Origin: Vibrio cholerae ATCC 14035
Lineage (GTDB): Bacteria; Pseudomonadota; Gammaproteobacteria; Enterobacterales; Vibrionaceae
Assembly (NCBI RefSeq): GCF_000621645.1
Contig: NZ_KK211324.1
Coordinates: 137,113-169,112, forward strand
Length of the DNA stretch: 32,000 nucleotides
Direction: 5' to 3'
The position numbers were made by a program, and so were the translations under genes. A model generated the notes under the pieces. It was not told where the DNA came from. It saw only the letters and a program-made list of their open reading frames with translations, and ran no database searches. Positions 25,288-32,000 of the stretch are shown here, in pieces (within the stretch, counting starts at the first letter, position 1; the number at the start of each line of letters is the position of its first letter).

Positions 25288-28200
25288 ATGCGCTTTACTG
25301 ATGTTTTTATAAAACGTCCAGTTTTAGCGGTATCGATCAGCTTTTTGATTGTGTTGCTTGGTCTACAAGCCATTTTCAAAATGCAGGTGCGTGAATACCC
25401 TGAAATGACCAACACCGTAATTACGGTGAGCACCGGCTATTACGGTGCCAGTGCCGATTTGATTCAAGGTTTTATTACTCAACCCTTGGAACAAGCGGTA
25501 GCACAGGCGGATAACATTGATTTTATGACGTCACAGTCCGTGTTGGGTCGCTCGACCATCACAGTGACCATGAAATTGAATACGGATCCCAACGCCGCGT
25601 TATCTGACGTTCTGGCCAAGACCAACTCGGTTCGCTCGCAGTTGCCTAAAGAAGCAGAAGATCCGACCGTCACTATGTCGACCGGTTCAACCACTGCGGT
25701 TCTGTATATTGGTTTCACCAGTAATGAATTGGCATCCAGCCAAATCACTGATTACCTAGAGCGCGTGGTTAATCCACAGCTTTACGCAGTCAATGGTGTA
25801 TCAAGTATCGATCTGTATGGCGGTATGAAATACGCGCTCCGGGTATGGCTCGATCCAGCCAAAATGGCGGCACTAAACCTCTCCGCAGCGGATGTGATGA
25901 GCATTCTGAATGCCAACAACTATCAGTCAGCGACCGGTCAGGCGATTGGTGAATTCGTTCTTTATAATGGCAGCGCCGATACCCAAGTCTCCACCGTGGA
26001 AGATTTGGAAAGTCTGGTGGTGAAAGCTGAGAAAGGTACCGTGACTCGCCTAGGTGATATCGCGAAAGTTACCTTGGCTAAGAGCCATGATACCTATCGC
26101 GCGAGTGCTAATGGCCGTGAAGCGGTCGTTGCCGCGATTAATGCGGCCCCAAGTGCGAACCCTATCAACATCGCCAAAGATGTGCTTGAGATGCTCCCTG
26201 AGCTGCAGAAAAACATGCCAAGCAACATTGAAATGAACGTGTTGTACGACTCAACGGTTGCGATCAATGAATCGATCCACGAGGTTATCAAAACCATCGT
26301 AGAAGCGGCGCTGATCGTTCTTGTGGTCATCACTCTGTTCTTGGGTTCACTGCGTGCCGTACTCATCCCAATTGTCACTATCCCGCTTTCACTGATTGGT
26401 GTTGCGATGGTGATGCAGATGATGGGCTTCTCTTGGAACCTAATGACGCTACTGGCGATGGTTCTGGCGATCGGTCTTGTGGTTGACGATGCGATCGTCG
26501 TTCTAGAGAACGTTGACCGCCATATCAAAGAAGGGGAATCCCCTTTCCGCGCGGCGATCATCGGTACCCGTGAAATTGCCATCCCAGTTATTGCGATGAC
26601 ACTGACGTTGGGTGCGGTCTATGCGCCGATTGCTTTGATGGGCGGTATCACCGGCTCACTGTTTAAAGAGTTTGCGCTCACACTGGCTGGTTCTGTTTTT
26701 GTATCCGGTATTGTTGCATTGACTCTGTCGCCGATGATGTGTTCAAAGATGCTCAAAGCCAATGAAGCGCCGAACAAATTTGAACTGAAAGTGCACCATT
26801 TACTGGATCGCATGACGGCACGCTATGAACGCATGCTGACCGCGGTAATGGCTCATCGCCCTGTGGTTATTGCCTTTGCGTTTATCGTTTTTGCAAGTTT
26901 ACCAATGCTGTTTAAGTTCATTCCAAGTGAGCTTGCGCCATCGGAAGATAAAGGGGTAATCATGCTGATGGGTACAGGCCCGTCGAATGCCAACCTCGAT
27001 TATCTGGCGAATACGATGGATGATGTGAATAAAATTCTGTCTGATCAGCCAGAAGTTCAGTTCGCTCAGGTGTTTACTGGTGTTCCTAACTCAAACCAGG
27101 CGTTTGGTATTGCGTCAATGGTGCCATGGAGCCAGCGTGAAGCTAGCCAAGCCACAGTAACCAACCGCGTGGGTACCTTGGTACAAGATATCCCAGGTAT
27201 GGCGGTAACGGCATTCCAGATGCCAGAACTGCCTGGTGCAGGCTCTGGCTTACCGATCCAATTTGTGATCACCACGCCAAGCAACTTTGAAAGCTTGTTT
27301 ACCATCGCCACCGATGTGCTGACCGAAGTCAAAGCCAATCCGATGTTCGTCTACTCGGATCTGGATCTGAACTTCGATTCGGCAACGATGAAGATCAATA
27401 TCGATAAAGATAAAGCCGGTGCCTACGGCGTGACCATGCAAGATATTGGCATCACGCTCAGCACCATGATGGCCGACGGTTATGTCAACCGTATCGACCT
27501 CAACGGCCGCTCTTACGAAGTGATCCCGCAAGTGGAACGTAAATGGCGTCTCAACCCTGAATCGATGAACAGCTACTACGTTCGCGCGGCAGATGGCAAA
27601 GTGATCCCACTCGGTAGCCTAGTGACGATTGATGTGGTTGCAGAGCCTCGCTCGCTACCCCACTTCAACCAGCTCAACTCTGCCACCGTAGGTGCGGTGC
27701 CAGCACCGGGCACGGCTATGGGGGATGCCATCAACTGGTTTGAGAATTTGGCAAGCAGCAAACTGCCTAAAGGCTATAGCCATGACTACATGGGTGAAGC
27801 TCGTCAGTATGTGACCGAAGGTAGCGCGCTGTATGCCACATTTGGCCTAGCGTTGGCGATCATCTTCTTGGTGTTGGCGATTCAGTTTGAATCTCTCAGA
27901 GATCCTTTGGTTATCATGGTCTCTGTACCACTCGCCATTTGTGGTGCCTTGATCGCACTGGCTTGGGGTACGGCAACCATGAACATCTACTCGCAGGTTG
28001 GCTTGATCACACTGGTCGGCCTTATCACTAAACACGGTATTTTGATCTGTGAAGTGGCCAAAGAGGAGCAGTTACACAACAAACTCAGCCGGATTGAGGC
28101 TGTCATGCATGCCGCTAAAGTGCGTCTGCGCCCAATCCTAATGACCACTGCAGCAATGATCGCAGGCCTGATCCCACTGATGTACGCCACCGGTGCAGGG

Positions 28201-28398
28201 GCTGCGCAGCGCTTCAGTATCGGTATTGTTATCGTCTCTGGTCTGGCAATAGGTACCTTGTTTACTCTGTTTGTACTGCCGGTGATTTACAGCTACCTTG
28301 CAGAGAAACACAAACCACTACCGGTGTTTGTTGAGGATAAAGATCTGGAGAAATTGGCCCGCATTGATGAAGCCAAAGCGGCTCATCGTCAGCTGTAA
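25288..28398 (+). CDS. vexB: RND (HAE1) multidrug/bile efflux inner-membrane pump (VexB-like)
   Basis: 1036 aa. MRFTDVFIKRPVLAVSISFLIVLLGLQAI is the canonical AcrB-family N-terminus. The TM4 proton-relay context is AIGLVVDDAIVVLENV, and there are two large periplasmic loops. GGAGG RBS lies 6 nt upstream. Confidence 0.9.
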   Translation: MRFTDVFIKRPVLAVSISFLIVLLGLQAIFKMQVREYPEMTNTVITVSTGYYGASADLIQGFITQPLEQAVAQADNIDFMTSQSVLGRSTITVTMKLNTDPNAALSDVLAKTNSVRSQLPKEAEDPTVTMSTGSTTAVLYIGFTSNELASSQITDYLERVVNPQLYAVNGVSSIDLYGGMKYALRVWLDPAKMAALNLSAADVMSILNANNYQSATGQAIGEFVLYNGSADTQVSTVEDLESLVVKAEKGTVTRLGDIAKVTLAKSHDTYRASANGREAVVAAINAAPSANPINIAKDVLEMLPELQKNMPSNIEMNVLYDSTVAINESIHEVIKTIVEAALIVLVVITLFLGSLRAVLIPIVTIPLSLIGVAMVMQMMGFSWNLMTLLAMVLAIGLVVDDAIVVLENVDRHIKEGESPFRAAIIGTREIAIPVIAMTLTLGAVYAPIALMGGITGSLFKEFALTLAGSVFVSGIVALTLSPMMCSKMLKANEAPNKFELKVHHLLDRMTARYERMLTAVMAHRPVVIAFAFIVFASLPMLFKFIPSELAPSEDKGVIMLMGTGPSNANLDYLANTMDDVNKILSDQPEVQFAQVFTGVPNSNQAFGIASMVPWSQREASQATVTNRVGTLVQDIPGMAVTAFQMPELPGAGSGLPIQFVITTPSNFESLFTIATDVLTEVKANPMFVYSDLDLNFDSATMKINIDKDKAGAYGVTMQDIGITLSTMMADGYVNRIDLNGRSYEVIPQVERKWRLNPESMNSYYVRAADGKVIPLGSLVTIDVVAEPRSLPHFNQLNSATVGAVPAPGTAMGDAINWFENLASSKLPKGYSHDYMGEARQYVTEGSALYATFGLALAIIFLVLAIQFESLRDPLVIMVSVPLAICGALIALAWGTATMNIYSQVGLITLVGLITKHGILICEVAKEEQLHNKLSRIEAVMHAAKVRLRPILMTTAAMIAGLIPLMYATGAGAAQRFSIGIVIVSGLAIGTLFTLFVLPVIYSYLAEKHKPLPVFVEDKDLEKLARIDEAKAAHRQL

Positions 28399-28420
28399 TC
28401 CAATATTCAGTCTCATCACA

Positions 28421-28448
28421 AAAGGCCATTTCGATGGCCTTTTTTTAT
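28421..28448 (+). terminator. Rho-independent terminator of the efflux operon
   Basis: aggccat-ttcg-atggcct is followed by ttttttt, 22 nt after the pump stop. Confidence 0.8.
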
Positions 28449-28514
28449 TATCCAATCTAACGACATCGCTAGCTGAATTGCATAGAATGTTGGCAACTTA
28501 ACAGGAGAATTACT

Positions 28515-28766
28515 ATGTTTGATGCCAAAAAACTCGAGCAGATCGCCAAGCAAATCCATGAAGCCATGCCACAACCCGTGAAAGAACTGGGTGCTGATGT
28601 AGAACAGAAAGTGCGTCAGGTCATTCAAGGCCAACTGAACAAACTGGATGTCGTCAGCCGCGAAGAGTTTGATGTGCAAACTCAAGTGCTGTTACGCACT
28701 CGCCAAAAGCTCACTGAGTTAGAGCAGAAAATGGCTGAGCTTGAAGCCAAATTAGCGGATAAATAA
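28515..28766 (+). CDS. ubiK: ubiquinone biosynthesis accessory factor UbiK (YqiC/BMFP family coiled-coil protein)
   Basis: 83 aa. [66 protein letters not shown] closely parallels E. coli YqiC as I recall it (…[21 protein letters not shown]…). RBS aggag lies 7 nt upstream. Confidence 0.8.
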   Translation: MFDAKKLEQIAKQIHEAMPQPVKELGADVEQKVRQVIQGQLNKLDVVSREEFDVQTQVLLRTRQKLTELEQKMAELEAKLADK

Positions 28767-28812
28767 GCGCTGAGTTCATACAGTAAACAAGCCACTTAGC
28801 ACTCAATAAAGA

Positions 28813-28850
28813 AAGGCTTAGTCATTCGACTAAGCCTTCTTGGTTTTTAT
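28813..28850. terminator. terminator hairpin between convergent ubiK and ilvC
   Basis: aaggcttagtc-attc-gactaagcctt forms an 11-bp stem, followed by cttggttttt on the plus strand. An A-rich stretch on the 5' side gives a weaker minus-strand function. Confidence 0.7.
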
Positions 28851-28892
28851 TATAGTGTGTTGTTGTGTTTGCTTTGGAAATCAATATAGGGA

Positions 28893-30377
28893 TTAATCAC
28901 CCACGGCGATGCGCTTCATGTCTTTCATGTATCCACGTAGCTCTTCACCGATATACTCAACCGGATGGTTACGGATGATGCTGTTTACTTCGATAAGCGT
29001 TGCGTTATCGACTTGATTAGAGACCACGCCTAATCCTTTACCAATCACATCGGTGCCCACTTTCGGCATAAACTTTTCACGCAGCAGTGGTACCGCCACA
29101 TTGGCAAACAGATAATTACCGTACTCAGCGGTGTCAGAGATGACCACGTTCATTTCATACAGGCGCTTACGCGCTACCGTATTGGCAATCAGTGGGAGTT
29201 CGTGCAGTGATTCATAGTAAGCCGACTCATCGATGATGCCTGAAGCCGTCATCGCTTCAAACGCCAACTCAACCCCAGCACGCACCATGGCAATCATCAA
29301 AATACCGTTATCAAAGTATTCTTGCTCAGCAATTTTTACGTCGGTTGTTGGATAGTTTTCAAAGGCCGTTTCAGCGGTTTCTGCACGCCAGCCGAATAAG
29401 TCTTTATCATCATTCGCCCAATCCGCCATCATGGTGCTAGAGAAGTGGCCAGAAATGATGTCATCCATATGCTTGTTGTACAGCGGGCGCATCAGATCTT
29501 TCAACTCTTCAGACAGCTCAAACGCTTTGATTTTTGCAGGGTTAGACAGGCGATCCATCATATGAGTAATACCGCCAAACTTGAGTGCTTCGGTAATGGT
29601 TTCCCAACCAAATTGCAAAAGCTTGCCCGCATAACCAGGGTCGATGCCATCAGCAACCATTTTCTCGTAACAAACGATAGAGCCCGCTTGCAGCATACCG
29701 CAGAGAATGGTTTGCTCACCCATCAAATCGGATTTCACTTCCGCTACAAAAGAAGAAGCTAAACAGCCCGCACGATGGCCACCCGTTGCCGCAGCCCACG
29801 CTTTAGCAATCTCCCAACCTTCACCTTGCGGATCGTTTTCAGGGTGTACTGCGATGAGAGTAGGAACGCCGAAACCGCGCTTATACTCTTCACGAACTTC
29901 CGTACCCGGACATTTTGGTGCCACCATCACAACCGTGATGTCTTTACGGATTTGCATGCCCTCTTCAACGATATTAAAACCGTGTGAGTAACCCAAGGCA
30001 GCACCTTGCTTCATCAGAGGCATCACCGCATTGACCACACTGGTGTGCTGCTTATCTGGCGTCAAGTTAATCACCAAATCTGCGGTTGGGATGAGTTGTT
30101 CATAACTACCCACGTTGAAGCCATTATTCTTGGCATTTTTAAATGACTGGCGCTGTTCATCAATCGCAGCCTGACGCAGAGCGTAAGAAACATCCAAACC
30201 TGAATCACGCATATTGAGGCCTTGGTTTAGGCCTTGAGCCCCACATCCCACGATCACCACTTTCTTACCTTTTAGGTAATCAGCTTCGGTTGCAAACTCT
30301 TCTCGCGCCATAAAACGGCAACGACCAAGTTGATCCAACTGTTCACGCAGATTCAGCGTATTGAAATAATTCGCCAT
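28893..30377 (-). CDS. ilvC: ketol-acid reductoisomerase (class II, NADP+)
   Basis: 494 aa. [23 protein letters not shown]...[27 protein letters not shown] is essentially the E. coli IlvC N-terminus with its Rossmann motif. The full length matches the 491-aa enterobacterial enzyme. Confidence 0.95.
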   Translation of the reverse strand: MANYFNTLNLREQLDQLGRCRFMAREEFATEADYLKGKKVVIVGCGAQGLNQGLNMRDSGLDVSYALRQAAIDEQRQSFKNAKNNGFNVGSYEQLIPTADLVINLTPDKQHTSVVNAVMPLMKQGAALGYSHGFNIVEEGMQIRKDITVVMVAPKCPGTEVREEYKRGFGVPTLIAVHPENDPQGEGWEIAKAWAAATGGHRAGCLASSFVAEVKSDLMGEQTILCGMLQAGSIVCYEKMVADGIDPGYAGKLLQFGWETITEALKFGGITHMMDRLSNPAKIKAFELSEELKDLMRPLYNKHMDDIISGHFSSTMMADWANDDKDLFGWRAETAETAFENYPTTDVKIAEQEYFDNGILMIAMVRAGVELAFEAMTASGIIDESAYYESLHELPLIANTVARKRLYEMNVVISDTAEYGNYLFANVAVPLLREKFMPKVGTDVIGKGLGVVSNQVDNATLIEVNSIIRNHPVEYIGEELRGYMKDMKRIAVGD

Positions 30378-30486
30378 GAGGGTGCTCCTTAATAAGTGAT
30401 TCCGTTAAGTCGGTGCGATATGACCGAATAAACTCATACTAAGCCAGAGACAAAATTGCGCAAAGTGATATATTCACAACTAGTTA

Positions 30487-30501
30487 TTGCAACAAATGCA
30501 A
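30487..30501. promoter_or_regulatory. candidate IlvY operator in the divergent ilvC-ilvY promoter region
   Basis: TTGCA-acaaa-TGCAA is a perfect inverted repeat that fits the LysR T-N11-A pattern, 14 nt upstream of the ilvY start. A second dyad, GTGAtatatTCAC, lies at about 30464-30476. E. coli IlvY is known to bind tandem operators in this intergenic region. Confidence 0.45.
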
Positions 30502-30514
30502 CATAGGAACTTTT

Positions 30515-31411
30515 GTGAACATCAAAACTCTGCAGCTATTCATGCATCTATGTGACTGCAAAAATTTCAGTAAAACCGCTTCTGCAATGCATCTCAGCCC
30601 TTCCGCACTCAGTCGGCAGATACAGAAGCTGGAGCAAGATTTAGGTCACACACTTTTTCTGCGCGACAACCGCAGTGTTGAACTCACTCCCGCAGCCCAC
30701 CAATTACTGCCCGTTGCGGCACGCATCATTCACGACTGGCGACAATTCACTACCGAACTCAACGATGACAGCCAAGAACTGCGAGGAGAGATAAAGCTAT
30801 TCTGCTCTGTTACGGCCAGTTATAGCCACTTACCTGAGCTTCTCAGCTCATTTCGCCTCAAGCATCCTTATATCGAATTTAAACTGCTAACAGGCGATCC
30901 GGCACAAGCGATCGATAAAATCCTGCACGATGAAGCGGATATAGCAATTTCTGCGATGCCTGAACAACTGCCAAGCCGCATTGAATTCGCCACAATCAGT
31001 GAGATCCCTCTTTCCGTCATCGCACCACTTGGGATCAGCAGCTTTATGGATGAGCTACAAAAAGAGCAGCCTGATTGGAATGAAATACCCTTTATTGTTC
31101 CGGAGTCGGGAACCGCGCGCGATAGAGCCAATACCTGGTTTAAGCAAATGAAGATAAAGCCCAATATCTATGCTCAGATCGCAGGACATGAAGCGATTGT
31201 TAGCTTGGTGGCTCTTGGATGTGGAGTAGGGATTGCTCCGGATGTGGTTATCAATAACAGCCCTGTGCGTGACAAGATCCAGCGCTTAAGCGTCACCCCC
31301 ATCAAACCCTTTATGCTCGGTGTTTGCTGCAAGCGTTCACAGTTAGATAATCCGCTTGTCCAAGCACTGTGGCGGGTCGTTTCGGCAAAGAAAAGCGTTG
31401 TTGATAAATAA
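30515..31411 (+). CDS. ilvY: LysR-family transcriptional activator of ilvC
   Basis: 298 aa with a GTG start. The HTH is FSKTASAMHLSPSALSRQIQKLEQDLGHTLFLRDNRSVELT (compare E. coli IlvY FGRSARAMHVSPSTLSRQIQRLEEDLG). It is divergent from ilvC, as in enterobacteria. Confidence 0.85.
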   Translation: MNIKTLQLFMHLCDCKNFSKTASAMHLSPSALSRQIQKLEQDLGHTLFLRDNRSVELTPAAHQLLPVAARIIHDWRQFTTELNDDSQELRGEIKLFCSVTASYSHLPELLSSFRLKHPYIEFKLLTGDPAQAIDKILHDEADIAISAMPEQLPSRIEFATISEIPLSVIAPLGISSFMDELQKEQPDWNEIPFIVPESGTARDRANTWFKQMKIKPNIYAQIAGHEAIVSLVALGCGVGIAPDVVINNSPVRDKIQRLSVTPIKPFMLGVCCKRSQLDNPLVQALWRVVSAKKSVVDK

Positions 31412-31483
31412 AGAACTTTAGAAGAATAGGTTATCGGTACTGTATCGATAATCTAGATATTGAAAATCAAGATGACAGAATGC

Positions 31484-31511
31484 AAAAAGGCCGCTGAGTT
31501 GTCAGCGGCCT
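31484..31511 (-). terminator. Rho-independent terminator of the rrn operon (also closes ilvY on the plus strand)
   Basis: The minus strand reads aggccgctga-caac-tcagcggcct followed by ttttgcattc. It begins 10 nt after the tRNA-Ser 3' end. Confidence 0.7.
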
Positions 31512-31521
31512 TTCTTAATAG

Positions 31522-31612
31522 TGGCGGAGAGATAGGGATTTGAACCCTAGGATAGCTATTAACCATCGCCGGTTTTCAAGACCGGTGCTTTCAACCACTC
31601 AGCCATCTCTCC
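31522..31612 (-). tRNA. tRNA-Ser (anticodon UGA), distal gene of the rrn operon
   Basis: The reverse complement is GGAGAGATGGCTGAGTGGTTGAAAGCACCGGTCTTGAAAACCGGCGATGGTTAATAGCTATCCTAGGGTTCAAATCCCTATCTCTCCGCCA, 91 nt. It is a class II tRNA with a long variable arm and anticodon loop CTTGAAA. The D/anticodon region is near-identical to E. coli serT. Confidence 0.9.
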
Positions 31613-31657
31613 GCAAATTGTGTGCTAATAGCGTGGTGACACTATCAGCGAGATTAA

Positions 31658-31777
31658 AAGCCTGGCGATGTTCTACTCTCACATGGGGAAACCCCACACT
31701 ACCATCGACGCTGTTTCGTTTCACTTCTGAGTTCGGGATGGAATCAGGTGGGTCCAAAACGCTATGGTCGCCAAGCA
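31658..31777 (-). rRNA. rrf: 5S ribosomal RNA
   Basis: The reverse complement is TGCTTGGCGACCATAGCGTTTTGGACCCACCTGATTCCATCCCGAACTCAGAAGTGAAACGAAACAGCGTCGATGGTAGTGTGGGGTTTCCCCATGTGAGAGTAGAACATCGCCAGGCTT, 120 nt. It is collinear with E. coli 5S (CCGAACTCAGAAGTGAAACG, GATGGTAGTGTGGGG). Confidence 0.92.
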
Positions 31778-31907
31778 AATTCTGTTTTTGATTTCACTTT
31801 TTCTTAAAAAAAGTGATAACCAACAATTCTGGAAAGCTGTCTTCGTTCTCACACACATTCTTATGCGCTTAGCTTTGAGTCCACTACAAAACCCCTTGGG
31901 TGTTGTA

Positions 31908-32000
31908 TGGTTAAGCCTCACGGGCAATTAGTACAGGTTAGCTCAACGCCTCACAACGCTTACACACCCTGCCTATCAACGTTCTAGTCTCGAACAACCC
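31908..32000 (-). rRNA. rrl: 23S ribosomal RNA, 3'-terminal about 93 nt (gene continues past window end)
   Basis: The reverse complement reads ...GGGTTGTTCGAGACTAGAACGTTGATAGGCAGGGTGTGTAAGCGTTGTGAGGCGTTGAGCTAACCTGTACTAATTGCCCGTGAGGCTTAACCAT. This parallels the E. coli 23S 3' end (...GTTGATAGGCCGGGTGTGTAAGCGCAGCGATGCGTTGAGCTAACCGGTACTAATGAACCGTGAGGCTTAACCTT). The exact 3' end is uncertain by a few nt. Confidence 0.88.

Noticed and set aside
26094-26582. 162-aa ORF antisense to the RND pump gene, plus other antisense ORFs in 25479..28190
   Set aside because: These are shadow ORFs inside a 1036-aa conserved transporter gene, with no RBS and no motif support.

Overview
This window looks like core, housekeeping chromosome from a Vibrio, and the gene order matches my recollection of V. 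cholerae chromosome 1 around VC0161-VC0196. That identification comes from protein sequences and synteny only; no search was run.

Gene order, left to right:
- recQ (5' fragment, minus strand), rarD, ggt, an AraC-type regulator and a LysE/RhtB-type exporter
- a CsrB-family CsrA-sponge sRNA with a far-upstream VarA/UvrY-type box
- uvrD (-), prlC (-), rlmJ and gor
- a secreted SPOR-domain protein (-)
- a 4-gene peptide-type ABC importer operon (-; fused ATPase, binding protein, two permeases)
- a tRNA operon Arg-His-Pro-His-Pro (-) that contains a tandem His-Pro duplication
- cytochrome c5 and rep (-)
- a TetR regulator, membrane fusion protein and RND pump operon (vexRAB-like), then ubiK/yqiC
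- ilvC (-) and ilvY
- the distal end of an rRNA operon (23S 3' end, 5S, tRNA-Ser; all minus strand)

Every gap longer than about 100 bp can be accounted for by promoters, terminators or RNA genes. I saw no CRISPR array, transposase, integrase, phage gene or defence-type gene cluster, and I do not find a convincing undescribed multi-gene system.

The items most worth a second look:
1. The Csr sRNA and its upstream box. The ORF track misses it and covers it with spurious ORFs.
2. The gor / SPOR-gene junction, which I believe is the unoccupied insertion site of the seventh-pandemic island VSP-I.
3. The duplicated tRNA module.
4. The roughly 700-bp AT-rich leader of the ABC operon.
5. A glutathione-themed neighbourhood (ggt, gor and a transporter with gsiABCD gene order).
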